Notes: generated from the letters alone by a model not told the origin. A DNA stretch of 64,000 nucleotides from Octopus vulgaris (GCA_951406725.2 OX597814.1:69316001-69380000), one strand, 5' to 3'; shown: positions 38,250 to 52,009, numbered from the stretch's first letter. Numbers and translations: made by a program.

Positions 38250-38860
38250 CCTACTGCATGATAGTGAAACTTGCTAACTATTTCCTGATATCACCTTCAC
38301 AATTTAAGATGCAACTTGGACATCAAGTGGACCAACCACATCACTAGCACCAAAGTCCTCAACTGAGCTAAGATACCCAGTATACACATCTTGCTCCAGC
38401 AACATCATTTGTGCTGGCTCAGTCATGTTCATCACATGCCAGACAGAAGGATCTCAAAAGACCTCCTGTATGGGGAATTGGCTACTAGTATAAGAGTACA
38501 AGGACGACCTCATCTTCGTTTCAAAGATGTCTAAGAGAGATATGAGGTCATTTGATCTGGATGTTCTGAGACAGGAGGAGGTTGCAAATGATTGCCCACA
38601 TTGGAGGCAAATACAGCAAAAGAGAATGAAGAGATCGGAAGAAAAACAGGTACTTGTCATCAGAGAAAAGTGCACTTGACGGAAGGAAAAATCAGTAGCA
38701 CTGGCAGAGAGTTCCTTCAAATGCAGTCACTGTACCAGTGACTGCCACTCCCATGTGGGCCTATACAGCCACAACAGATGCTGCACCACCATCAGCAGTT
38801 GACACGTTTTCTTTGAGTACAGATCCATGACCTCTTTGAGATCAACGGATGACTACTATT
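38250..38860 (+). mobile_element. RTE/BovB-like LINE 3' fragment (second RTE family)
   Basis: WLSHVHHMPDRRISKDLLYGEL...GRPHLRFKD; C-terminal CSHCTSDCHSHVGLYSHNRCC zinc finger. Confidence 0.8.
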
Positions 38861-38869
38861 TGATTCAGA

Positions 38870-39270
38870 AGCTAGGAGTAGATGGGTAGTTGGTGAGAGC
38901 TGACCAGCCATGTACAGGGATACTCTCAGTAAGGTCAAACTCCCTTTGTGGTTTTCTACTACCAATGTAATCACTCAAAGATATGTAGCATATCGATTTT
39001 ATTCATTTGATATTTCGAACTATTGCACCTCCATATCTCCTATTCATTTAAACAAAGTCTTGATTTTTAGCATTGAATATAGCAATGAATTTAGTGTACA
39101 GGTAAGAATTCACCAAAGACTGATCCTCAGCTCCCTCTTGTTTATCATAGTCCTCCAGGCCATAACAGAGGAATTTAAAACTTGGTGCTCATGGGACCTC
39201 CTCTATGTTGACGATTTGTTCTTACAGCTGAATTTCTACTTTTTCATATATGAAAGCAAGGACTGGAATC
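38870..39270 (+). mobile_element. RTE fragment containing an embedded PLE RT segment (38931-39068)
   Basis: RTE sequence on both sides (AMYRD...; HQRLILSSLLFIIVLQAITEEFK); the middle matches the reverse complement of 40993-41145. Confidence 0.75.
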
Positions 39271-39535
39271 TAAGTTAATTAGCTATGATTCTAACCACTT
39301 TACAGTGTAGACTGAATGCTTTTTACATGGCACCAGCACTGGCAGGGTCACCAAATAATTTGCAAGACAAAGATCCTTTGAGAAGGGATGGGGTATTGGA
39401 GGAGGTGATCTTGTAGTGAGAGATTTTACTCTGAAGTTACTGATGTTTTAATCAAAATAAAACAACTAATTTTTATTTATCAATTTCACAAATACATATA
39501 CATCAGTATCAATATCATCATTACCATCTTCATTC

Positions 39536-39578
<43 letters not shown>

Positions 39579-40199
39579 TTAACAACTACATAGCTAGTAA
39601 CATGTAAAAATTACACACTACATTCTGTAAAGTAGTTGTCATTATTTGGAAGGGCATTTAGCCAAAGAAACTATGCCAAAACAGACAGGAGAGTTTGGTA
39701 TAATCTTCTGACTTGTCTGTTTCTGTCAAACTGTCCAACCCATGCTAGCATGAAAAGTAGATGATAAATGATGATGATGATGTATACGTATGTGTGAAAT
39801 TGATAAATATAATTTACAATAAAAATTATTTTTATTAAAATACCAGTAACTTCAGTAAAACCTCTCAAAACAATTTGATTGTATTTAACATCTCTGACTA
39901 TCACACACTCCCACTTCGTTTGTTGTTTTAGTTTCTTTCTATGAGCATGACTGACATGAAGCACACTGCATCTTATTATATGTAAGAAGATACATACATA
40001 GAAATATATTCATCGCTATTGATAAAACATACACTCTGAGGTCTTCATTCCTTTTATAGCCTGACAAATCCCCATAAACTGGTAACCTCACAAAAGAATC
40101 CTAAATTGACAGGGATATCATTGGACAGAAAAACTGAAAAGCATAGCAATCTCCAGAAATAGTAGGCACAACTTGATTGTTATTTGAATGCTGAAAGTT

Positions 40200-41225
40200 G
40201 TGGATATAGAGATATCAGAATCAGGATGTTTATACTTATTATATTTACTATATTTATTACTAGGTTGTATACCACTAGGTATGATATGATTGCCACACAG
40301 CTTATTTATATTCATGTTTGTCAATATAGGGTTTGAGCTAATAGTTTTAGAGAAGGAGTTAGGAGATATATTTGCTAATTTTCTTTTAAGTTTTGTGTTA
40401 GGTATATAAGAAATTTGATCATTAAAACCACTTAGTTTCAGGACACTATTGTAAACTGAGGCATGCTGATTAAAAATCTCATTAGCTGATAAATTTGAGA
40501 TTCTAATGGAAATTGCTGTAATGATGCTATTGATAGTTAATTTAGGATGGTTCGAGGAAACGTTAATATATTGCAGAGATTGATTGTTTTTTAAACGAGT
40601 AGTATAATCCAGTATCAAGGTCCAGTGTTACGTCTAGGAAGTTGACTACCTTAGAACTAGTATTAAAAATAATATTAAGGTTGAAAATATCTAACTAAAA
40701 TTACCTAAGGGCTTTCTTTAACTTTTCTACAGCTGGTTAAGATAGGCCATGGGTAGTAAGGAGTACATCATCCCTATAAACACCTCTGGATAGATTTGGG
40801 AAGCTATTTTTAATTTGAGAGAGGAGATATAGGCCCACCAAATTCGTCACCTATGCTGAATTGGACAACCCCATAGTTATATCAAAGTAGTCCATAGATT
40901 CAGATCTAACACAGTTATGTTCATTAAAGTTAATATGGGTCTGCTAAGACTATATCGATATCTGATCTGGGGATATTAGTAAAACTGCGAGCAAAAATCA
41001 AGGCTTTGTTTAAAAGAATTGGAGATATGGAGGAGTAATAGTTTGAAATATCAAACTGAATAAAATGGATACGCTGCTTATCTTTGAGGGGGTTGAACCA
41101 AGTGATTACATTGCTGATAGAAGACCACAAAGGGAGTTTGACCTTATTTTTAATGAGAGGTATAAACCCATCGATAATGCATTTGCTACCTTTGCCCAAA
41201 TCAGATCTGGTTGGGCAAATTAGCC
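40200..41225 (-). mobile_element. PLE RT fragment, older relative of the 23.5-28.4 kb element
   Basis: LICPTRSDLGK, FIQFDISNYYSSISPILLNKAL, VYRDDVL, FLDVTLDL, YINVSSNHP. Confidence 0.85.
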
Positions 41226-44200
41226 AAGAAAAAATGAAAACCTTGGAAAAGAATTAATACATTTGAAAAGGAACATTGACATTCCCAGTGTAAAAAAGTG
41301 GAGAGCCAAGTGTGACTCCAACTGAAAAGAAAAGCTTCGCCATGGCAACTGGAAGGAAAACAAGAAAAATCTCAACAGAGAAAAGTGAACTTTTAAAGTA
41401 CAAAAACATGTTTAAAAAAATGATATGAAAGTGGAAATAATACCACCAGAGGAAATAATGGAAACAGAAAAAAGGAAAATAATTTTAAATAAAATGTTTA
41501 ATATCAAGACAAAGAAAATAGATAAAGTGCAGGAAGAAACAATAGAAAAATGTTTGAAGAACATATGAAAGGATGTTGAATACATCACAAGAGGCAAAAG
41601 ATTTGGAACAGTGGAAGTTTGCATGGTGAATTAAGAAAAGACTCAAGTCCTTTTGATTGAAACATTAAGAAACAGACGAGGTATTTCTTCCACCAATGTA
41701 TATAGGGAGGAGAACCTCCAAAGTAAAAATGACAAAAATTCCACCAGAAGTGGATGCAGCCTGGTTGGTGGTGGCTGTGACAGTGGGCTTGGAGGAAAAG
41801 ATCACACTCCTCCAAGCTTCTGTCACAGAAAAACAAAACTGGCTGGGCCAGACATTAAACATGTTGATACAGATAGCCACAAACTTTGGAAAAGATACCA
41901 GAGACTATCACAATAGGGGAGGATAGTCTGATAGTGTTCATGGAAGGCCAAAAACATTGGTGCTTCAAATGTGGAAAGCTGGGATACGTTCTTGCAAAAT
42001 GCAACCCTCCCCTGGAAAAAGATGAAGAGGAAGAGAAAGAAACGAAAGAAATGGAAGGTGGAAGCAGCAACCAGGGGGAGAAAAATGGAATAAGAAAAAT
42101 CCACCCAGCCTCCCCAACAAAAGCAGCTGACAAGAAACCCAAGAAAAAAGCCTTGAGAAGACAGAAGACGATAACCCAGTAGCAGTAAAAACAGACAATA
42201 ATAGATTAATAAGTAAATTGCAGATTATTAAGAATGAAAGGAGTACTTATTCAATTCATATATAAACTATGACATTTATCGAATAGACTGTACAAGTTAT
42301 TATATCCTAGCCAATACTTATAGAAAAGAGATAGGCCCTGTAGATTTTTCACCTTCAATCTTTCAGGGCCTACCTCCTCCAGTCACACGAGCAGGGAAAA
42401 AGGAAGAGGGTGAGACCACTTCACTTACCCCTACTGAATAAAAGGTAAGACTCTTATGTCAGTTTACATCGTTTGTTTCAATGTGCGTGGCCTGTCATCA
42501 AGTTAGAAGCAAGGATGCTTCCTAAATGACATCAGGTCATGGAATTTGGATGTTATTGTAGCTACTGAAACCTGGTTAAAGGGGCCAAAAGATCTGCTCC
42601 TGTTGCTAAACAGCTATGAGAAATTCCTTTATCCAGGTCGACTGGCAGGCAGGGGCAGGGTGTTCGTCCTATTAAAAAGAAACTGGGTTTCAAAGAAAAG
42701 GTTGATTTTTTCTGATCCAGAAGGTAGGCTGGTCGTTATGGACTTGACATTCAGTTGTGGTAAGACGATCAGACTGGTTGTGATTTATGCACCCAATTTC
42801 GGTCAAAGTGAGTATTTTTTGACCTAGAGAAGTTTCTGGGTATGTCACATTCACCAGCTTTGTTAGGAGACTATAACACAATCTGCGACACATGCATAGA
42901 TTGTGTTGGCTCAAGAAGAGATAGAAGTAATAGTGGCTTCCGGGAACCGCTAAGTCATTATCAGCAACCAGATCCATATAGGATGAAACACCCGAACACT
43001 CCACTGTGAACATGGTCAAGCGGCGACAAGTATTCCAGGTCATACATAGATAAGATTTTAATTAGAAAAGCTGATAGGAATATAGCTAAGTGTCCACAGT
43101 TTTATCTGGTCAGCTACAGTTATCATAAGTTGGTCATTTGTGAGTTGAACTTAGATAAGGTATATAGTCAAGGATCTGGTTACTGGAAACTCAATATGTC
43201 CCTTTTGGAGATTGAGAAGTACAGAAAGTGGATTAAATTGTTAATACAGAGAGCGTTAACAGAAGCCATCATTAATAAAAAATGGTGGTATGCCCTCAAA
43301 CAAGCCATTAAATTTGAGTCTATTAGATATAGCATAGGTTTAGTGGCTAGTGAATGTAGGCAGGAACAGGGTTTAGTTAAGGCTTTAGAGGAAGACATGA
43401 GGACTGGCAGTGCAACCCAGGTGAAGGCAAAGAGCACCTTGAAGCCAAGCACACTGGGTACATTGTCAGGGCTAGACTACATGCAGTGGGTTGCAAAGGA
43501 ATCAGGGCCACTGGATGGGACCGAGTGGTGGAAGCCCAATGTGGAAATGGTTCCACAGTACGATCTTTGGTGAACCATGAAGGTAAGTTGATAAACGAAC
43601 CTAAGGAAATGTGTGAGGCCTTTTAGGAGCACTTCGTCCAACTTTTCAGGGGGAGCAATGGACCAGATAGTAGGTGGGATCTAACAGACTTCCTCACTGG
43701 GCTGCTGCACCTCTCGGGGCAGGATACGGAGTCTTGTGAAGGGCCGATCACACCTGAGGAAGTAATTGAGGCTATAGCAGACTGTGGCATAGGTAAGTCA
43801 CCGGGACTGGATGGTCTACCCTACGAGTTGTATAAGAGCAGGGTTGACCATCATTACCTGGTGTCTGTTCTTGCACAGTTCAGCCAAGGCTTCCTTAGGT
43901 GGATAATTCAATTGTGTGATAGCATTGACTTGATCATTTGGGTGAACGGTTTTTTTGTCAAAACCATTCTGTATCAAGTGCTTGGTTCACCAAAGATGTT
44001 CACTCTCACCACTTTTGTACATGATAGCTCTTGAGCCGTTACTGTGAAAGTGGCATCCTGAGAGGACCAGGCAGTGGAAAGTCAGTTTCAGCTTATGCGG
44101 ATAACATCACCATCATTGTGACCAAAATGGAACACCTACAGAGGGTAGGTGAGGCCATTGAGGTTTATGAGATGGTGGCAGGAGTAAAGATTAATCAGGA

Positions 44201-45607
44201 TAAGTCAGTTGGCTTGCAACTTGGCACCTGGAGGGACAAGTTGATGCCTCCAGACAGGGCCTGGTTAAGTTGCTAGGAGTCTGGTTTGGTCCAAATCTCC
44301 AGGTAGAAAAGAACTGGACTAAGGTTTCAAGCAGAGTAGACCACATAGCCAAGACCTGGTCTGGGCGGCGGCTATCCCTGAAAGGGAGGGTGGAGGTGGC
44401 CAATGTGTTCATGACATCGGTCATCACATACTACCTAAAGGTCGTTCCTTACCCAGATTCATGGATGACCAAGTTGGAAAGACAGCTTTTTCGCTTTTTG
44501 TGGAAGGACTCGAAACCACTTGCGAGATGTTCTATCTGCTGTCAAAAGCCGTTAAAGGGAGGACTAGGGATGTCTTGGCTGTTGATGTGCAAACATGTGT
44601 TGAGGTTGAACCATCTTTGGCTCCTCCTGGATGGTGAACGGGTGTGGTCTCTGCTGGTGAAATGGATGTTTCCCATATTCACTAGTTTCAGTGGATGGGA
44701 AGCCTGGTGCTATTGAAGATCTAAGTTGGGTACATGGCGTACGGAGTGCTGCAAGGCACTCCTGCTATTCTGTTGCTCAGGCAATGCCAACGGTGGTGGT
44801 TCAAAGGCATCTTTCTATAGTGGTTTGGTAGAGGCTAGATGTGATGATACCCTAGGAGCAACCCTAGGTCCCGAGGATAATCAACTAGAGAGTCTGTTCC
44901 AATATACATTTGGGCCAAGGACACTGGACAATTTCCAAAAGTCTTTGACCTGGCAGTGTTACCGAGGAGCTTTGCCCATTTGGGATAAGCTCGCAAGACA
45001 CAATCAATGCAACACACCAATCTGTCCAAGATGTGGGTGGGAAAGGGAAACCGTCCTGCATGCTAGTGTTCAGCATTCGGAGATGTCGGAAGTGTGGGCT
45101 TATGCGGAACATCTGTTGTCTGGTACAGGAAGAGTACAGCTATCGACTGAGTCAATTTTGAAAATTGACCCACCTGATTTCCTGATGAAAGAAGGTAAGA
45201 ATTATTTTCTCATAGTAGTTGCAATTGCGAAAGAGGTGGTATGGAAGACAAGTAATGACAGGCAGCTTCACCTCTGGCCTCAGTCTGCAAAGATATTTCA
45301 CTTTTCATTTGAAGATGCCTGTCAGAGAAAATGTTTAATGATAGGTGGAAGTATATGGTATGAGTGTTGCATATGACTGTAACCATGTAAACATGACAAA
45401 GGTCTATCACTGGTATCAGTGGTGGATAGAGGTTCGTGGGGTCAGGAGCTTAACTCGACCATCACTCCACCTGTTTTTGTATCTTGTATTGTCTATCACC
45501 CGTGTATATATTTTGTGTTTAATTTTTAATAGCATCTTAATGTTATATCATACGTTTTCATCTGACCTCAAAATCAGATTGTGTTGCCCTTTGTGGGCAA
45601 TAAAAAA
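41226..45607 (+). mobile_element. Tx1-clade (L1 group) LINE, degraded: ORF1 about 41400-42440, ORF2 about 42456-45370
   Basis: ORF1 knuckle CFKCGKLGYVLAKC. ORF2 has an APE domain (NVRGL, ATETW, IYAPN, YIDKIL, HKLV), GSGYWKLN, KSPGLDGLPYELY, SAYADNI, LSLKGR, GGLGM and CPRCGWERETVLH. RT domains are deleted near 43835. 3' end tgccctttgtgggcaataaaaaa. Confidence 0.88.
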
Positions 45608-46029
45608 TCAAAGTATCAAGAATGTGATTTTATGAGGATACCTTTCCTGATGAAGGGGACATTGTCCACATGGTTTGTAAGATTTATTAATTTTTCTACC
45701 AGGACATGAGTTCTGGAAATGACCATTGGCAGTGAACCTCCTCGAACTGTATTATATACCTTATATACCATTTATATTTTTAAAAAATACACCTAAATCT
45801 TTGACTCATTGAAGCTTTTAATCGAAACTCTTAACCACTCTTGCTTTCTGTACAAAAACATTTTTTCAATCTTCTTTTTATCAGTCCTCTTTTTCTCACA
45901 CTTCCTTCCATATGTATTCCACATGGGTTATATTTACATGTATTTTTATGTATATTTATATATATATTTATATTTTATAAATATTAAAAAAAATATTCAT
46001 GTGTTAATATGTATTAATATATATATATA

Positions 46030-46237
46030 CAGGGCGATTCAAAAGTCACCATTTTTTAATAAGAAACAGTTGAATAAAAAAACTGTTTCTTATAAAAAAA
46101 ATATTAAACTTTTGAATCACTCTATATAAATATATATAAGTGAAATAGTTGTAAGCGAGGTGGGAAAAATCACATTTAAATAAAAGATTAAAAAAATTTT
46201 TAATTTCATACATATTTGTGACTTTTGGCTCACCCTG
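46030..46237. mobile_element. Tc1/mariner-type MITE
   Basis: TIRs cagggcgattcaaaagtcac / gtgacttttggctcaccctg in a TA context; extra internal TIR-like copy near 46110-46127. Confidence 0.7.
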
Positions 46238-47136
46238 TGTACATAAACAGACACATATCACCTTTGCAATTGTCACCCTCCCTTTTTCTCAACCCGCTCA
46301 CTAATTCCCTTCTCTCTTTCTTATTTCCTGTAATACTCTTCATCTTCTCTTCTTACCACCCTCTTTGTCTACAATCATTACCCACTCTCTCTTCTGTTCT
46401 CCCTGAATTATAGAATATAATTTAGAGCCTTAGCCTTGTAAGTTACAAGGTGATCATCTGTAGCACTAATGCCAAAAAAGAAAGCACTTTGTACTCTGTA
46501 AAGTGGTTGGCATTAGGAACTATGTCAAAATAGACATTGGTGTATGACACAATCCTTTGGCTTGTCAAACTCTGTCAAACATTGCATGCCAAGCATGGAA
46601 GCTGGACATTAAATGATGATGATTATATATATATATATATATATACATATATATATGTGTGTGTATTTGTGTGTGTGTGTGCGTGTGTGGCCAAGACCTT
46701 TGTCAATATGCTGTGCTTGAGAAGATCCAGCAAGCCAAGTGAGATTGTAACTGTGGCCTACGCCCATTTGAAAGCACTCTTCAATTGTTGGACAATATAC
46801 TGATCTTGTGAAGACCTGTTGAACCGAGTGAAATTGTAGTCATGGCCCATGTCACCATGGAAAGGGGATGTTAAACAACAATGATGATAATGATGATGAT
46901 AAATGCATATACACATACAAACATATATATGTATGAATGTATGTATGTATGCCGGTATGTGTTTATCTTTTGCTGATGTATACCAGAGAAGAATATACAC
47001 CATAAAAATGTAAAACTGGTGCTTTATTAATAAAGTCCTATCAGATATTTATATACTGTTTTAGATACTTTCTTATTGTCAGAATAGACACTCTCTTACT
47101 ATCTTATTGTCAGAAAAGCAGTGAGTTATAAATTGG

Positions 47137-47540
47137 CTTTACTCTTTACTCTTTTACTTGTTTCAGTCATTTGACTGTGGCCATGCTGGAGTACCGCCTT
47201 TAATCGAGCAACTCGACCCCGGGACTTATTCTTTTGTAAGCCCAGTACTTATTCTATCGGTCTCTTTTGCCGAACCGCTAAGTAACGGGGACATAAACAC
47301 ACCAGCATCGGTTGTCAAGCAATGCTAGGGGGACAAACAGACTCACACAAACACACACACGTATATATACATATATACGACGGGCTTCTTTCAGTTTCCG
47401 TCTACCAAATCCACTCACAAGGCTTTGGTTGGCCCGAGGCTATAGTAGAAGACACTTGCCCAAAGTGCCACGCAGTGGGACTGAACCCGGAACCATGTGG
47501 TTGGTAAACAAGCTACTTACCACACAGCCACTCCTGTGCC
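47137..47540 (-). mobile_element. tRNA-derived SINE, family 1 (best-preserved copy)
   Basis: Head GGCACAGGAGTGGCTGTGTGGTAAG...GGTTCAGTCCC, internal (TA/TG)n, (TAAAAGAG)n tail; CpGs retained. Confidence 0.92.
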
Positions 47541-47683
47541 TGTTGAAAACCTGTAACAAACAATGCTATTGCTTAGAAACTACAGTATGAAATGACCAAA
47601 GTTAACCTTCATTTTTCTAAATAAGCTTAGAATTAATGAAGTTGAATGAGAACAGGAATAATAAAATGGATGAAATTAGTTAC

Positions 47684-48041
47684 CCTTTAGGTCTGCATGA
47701 GAGTAACCTTTTCTTAAAGTGATCTGAAACACTTCTAAATTGCTGATGAAAGAAGCCAGTTTTGACAAGCTCTGTTTTCCACTACCACCAACTCCAATAA
47801 GCAAAGCATTGCCCTGTGGCATCTCAAGGATACGATTGATTCGACAGACATGTGTCATGGCATCTTCAAACAGCACCAGATTCATAACAGCATTCAATTC
47901 ATTGTAATTAGCCAGGGCCTCATTCAAGATTTTTCGTAAGCTAGACCAGTCAGGAACAGGCATGTATTTTGGTTCACCAATTCCAGTAGCAAAATGACTA
48001 AATATTAGAGGGTGCTTCATTAGTGCAGCTGCATCACAATC
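47684..48041 (-). CDS. Axonemal dynein beta heavy chain, exon B (AAA4 Walker A)
   Basis: aacag|GAT acceptor and AAG G|gtaac donor; 358 nt, ends in phase 1. Translates [48 protein letters not shown]...[11 protein letters not shown]. Confidence 0.95.
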
Positions 48042-49699
48042 CTGTTAAAGTGAATAATATAAATATATTAACTATTGAATGACAAGGAAACAGGAATTAT
48101 GTAATAAACTTCATTAGCTTACAGCTGTTTCTGCTACAAGAAGCAATGCACTCAGAGGTGCTAATGTAACATTTTATAGCTTTTTGAGAGTGAGAAATAT
48201 GCAGATTTAGATAAACATATGTGTTCACATAGGTACATAATGAACATACATATAACTATTACAGAGATGCAGAAATACATACAAATACATGTTAAGATAC
48301 ATTTAAATAGATACATATGAGTACAAAAAATATATAAATTAGATAACTGGACATATATAAAACCATTAAGACCCAGACAAAATATAAACCTATAGAGACA
48401 AATAGACTAATAAACATATGTAAATCTGATGCCAATGTATATTTTCTTGAGAATTCTCAAGAAAATATAATTTTCTACTTTTGATGTTTTTATGGGGATG
48501 AGCTGGTCAATGAAGATATATTTTGTTGGCTGCATCAATAATAACGGGAGCAAACTTGCAAACATTTAACTGAGATATTTATTATTTCCCTTTGATCTGT
48601 TCCAGTTGTGTTTGAAAGGTGGTATCATAAAATTCCTGGACATGTTCTGTAGTGTGCCAACAGATGGCAGCACACAGTTGTGTGCTCAGTGACTTGGCAG
48701 TGACCTTCATGAAGCAGTGTGCTGAGTGACATTGCTGAGTTTACTTTGCAAGTTGTGAAATTTGCGTTTTTGTGGTCACATGTATGCTGTAGTCTGCTAT
48801 TTTGTCATGGACATGAAGCTGGCACATCATAGGCTTATTTCAGTAGGTATGTCATGACAGTCAGAACAAAAGCTATATACAGTGAAAGTGGCACTTGAGT
48901 TTCGGGCTGTTTTAGTCTGGTGGTTGAGTCAAATAGCCATATGAATAGCTATTATCTTAATTAACCAAATCATAGTGACTTTTTAGTGTTATATAATGAT
49001 TCATTCTTTCTTACAATCTTGCAAATGTGAGCAATTTTTATAATAAAAGTTGCTTACCTTACCTAAGTAGAGAGTCAAAAGTTTATAAGGAGGCGTAATT
49101 TCTTTTAAATGGAATGAAGTTTATAAAAAATATTTGAATGAAGTAAAAAAAGTAAATACAATAAATTCATGGGGATTTGAAGTGGGTAGGTCATGTAATT
49201 TGTATATCAGCATTTAAAGATGACTTTATAATATTGGCTCAAATACTAACTACTCCCAGCAGCAATGTCCTTACATTCTCAAGTAGAAACAAGGCCAAAT
49301 TCATTTTCATTAGCAAGGATTTTCACATAACAATGAAAAGCATTCATAGTGAATGGTAAATTGTATAATTTTGATATTTTTATAGCTTATTCAGTCATGG
49401 TTTGTATTTTGAAATACAACTTTTTTTTTATTATTTGCGTTTTTTTTATTATTTGTTTTTTATTATTTGGTATTGTCTGCACATTGAGGAAGTGGGAAAA
49501 CTAGGAATTTGGTTATTGTTCAAGTGGAGTTGTTTTTCATAGTAAAACTGTCCCAATTTGCATTTATATGATGTGCCCTCAGTAAGATTGATACTATTTC
49601 TATAATTAGCATGACCACACTGTTTTAACTGTTGAAATTATGTCTCTTGTTTGTAAGCAGTTTGATTTAGGGATTTTGTCTGTCTTTTGAATTTGTTCC

Positions 49700-50810
49700 A
49701 ATTAATATTGATATAAATGTAAATTTGGAATCCGGATATAGAAGCTGTAGGTTTCAAAGCAGTTGTCCTTAGTTATCTTCTTTCTCTTCGATTTTAAAGA
49801 GACATTCACATTAGCTGACCTCTATGACAGTACATACATTTTTTTGTCTGTTTCAAACAATAATAGCTGACCTGTTATGCTTACACTTGACAGATGTTTT
49901 GATGAGAATGTTCCACCAGTATTCCTTGTGCATGTATTTGTGTATGTATTCAACAACAGGGGGCTTCTCTATATTTATTTCAACACAGTTTTTTTTTCCA
50001 AATGGCATTGTATATTGTTTTTGAGACATTTTCATGTCACATAGGGAAGTAGTACCTTGATAACATTTTTGGGCAATTGTTAATCACATGTGTGATGTCT
50101 TCCACAGAAATAAGACATAATCTATATTTACAGTTGCATCTAGGGCTTCACTGTCTCTTTTGTTGAATAAGTATTTAGTAGCAATCTCCTGTTCTTGGAT
50201 TGAAAATGCATAGCCTTCGAAGTGTGATGTGATGTACTATTCACAAGTCCAAGAGAGGCTTTGCTTCATGTCAATGTTACACTCTGATTCAAGTCTATGA
50301 AAAACATACCCTTGCATGATCTTTTATTTTTGGTATGCTGAGGGTTTCCCCTCCAGGTCTTCTTTGAGGTCCAGCTGATTTGGGGTTGTATAGGAGGTCA
50401 TTAGGAAGTGTGTATTTCCTAAAGAGCTCACTTCCAACTCAGAATATTATTTTCTTCACTTTTTAGCACTAAGTTAATGTATTTTTGCCACTGTTGTTTA
50501 GCAAGTGCTGTTTGAGAGAGACTATGCAACATTCCAAGGCTGTCTGCACTGACCTCAAGCCCCAAACCTCTTTTACCTCTTCTGTTGATATCACTATTTT
50601 TGAGGAGTTTACCAGTTGATGTTATAATTTTGCAGGTTTTAATGTCTATGGATTGGATTTCTTCTACAGACCAGTCAAGTATTTCAAATGTTGGAACCAA
50701 CACTGGCACTGCAAATGCATTGTGGGATATTTTCTTGTAAGAGGAAAGTTCAGACTGCCATATTTTTCTTAGAGTGGTGTAATTTTCTGGGTCACTCTAT
50801 TGTTATTCAC
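49700..50810 (-). mobile_element. R4/Dong-like RLE LINE fragment (same family as 16.0-17.4 kb)
   Basis: HNAFAVPVLVPTFEILDWS, FEGYAFSIQEQEIATKYL, CKYRLCLISVEDITHV, YWWNILIKTSVKCKHNR. Confidence 0.75.
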
Positions 50811-52009
50811 AGTACCACCGGAAAGTGAGCCAGAACATTAAAACTTAGTGCCAAGCTGCGTCACATGCATGCTTTAGTTTTATTAGTATGGCAACAGTCC
50901 GGATACTTATTGATCAGGCCACATATATGCATATATGTATGTATGTATTTGCATTTATTTATGCTGACTGATATCCAAGTATGTGTGTATCTGTAAATAT
51001 ATCAAAACTTTCTTTATAGTTCCACGACCTGCAAAAGCTGATCCTAGAGCAATCCATGAGTTATTCATCAGTTTGTTTTCACTGCTTGACTTCAGCAAGG
51101 AAGTATATGGCTTCTGTAGGAACCTTGGCCATTCCAAATAGTGTAGAAAAGAAGGGCCTCAATGTTCATTAACACAAACCTTTTTAATGCGGATGTCATT
51201 ATGAAATACCACAATCCACTTTGAAGGTAGCAGATTTAATCTATCTCATACTCCTGGGATTTTAGTGGGGGGGGGGGGGGCATCTTGTTATAAGCATGCA
51301 GGCCAGGTCTCCAATCTGAGTATTACTCAATATCTGGATGTGATGCTGCACCATCCTTGTTAGGGTCATTGCATGACAGAGGGTACATGTGGAAGTGGTT
51401 TACCAACTGAAGCCTGCCACCAGATACACTAGGTCCTAGCATCTTGAGTAACAACTCTTGCTGCCTTATTTTCTAGCAGACTAATCTGTAGTCATCAACT
51501 TCCATCTAAGTGGGCTACTTACAGGAAGTAACATATGAATTGTACTTTCCCCCACTCTTTTCTTTGCCAACCTCAAAAGTCTTGCCAAGAATATGGCACT
51601 GATTTTTCTTTTGACTAAGCCAAAAACAAAACAAAGAGCTCCACAAAAACTGGGGTTTGATGTAAAAGGGTCATATCCTGTGGAACTATCTTTTTAAACA
51701 TTGTATTAATGATACTCTGAATATTCAAGTTATTGTGGAATATTTATTACAATCTCCGCCATCCCACAACTGTTTTATATATTGACTGGGTTTTTCTGTT
51801 ATCCAATTATTTCTCAATTTTCATGCTTTCAGTCTTATTTTCAAAATCATTGTATATCAAATGAATTATATTCATCCTTTATTCTCTCCTGTCACTCCAT
51901 CTTTATCCATAATACATGTTTCCTTATAATACAATTTTTTTTTACCTGTCTTACAGTCCAATCTATTTGTTTCTTCTTACATTATGTGTAAGGTACATCT
52001 TGACAAGCT

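Noticed and set aside
47470-47540. tRNA gene
   Set aside because: The A and B boxes belong to a SINE head followed by a SINE body and tail; I could not form a full cloverleaf.
48620-48830. CTCF-like site ccaacagatggcagca
   Set aside because: It lies in what looks like a mariner 5' end remnant; a motif alone does not show function.
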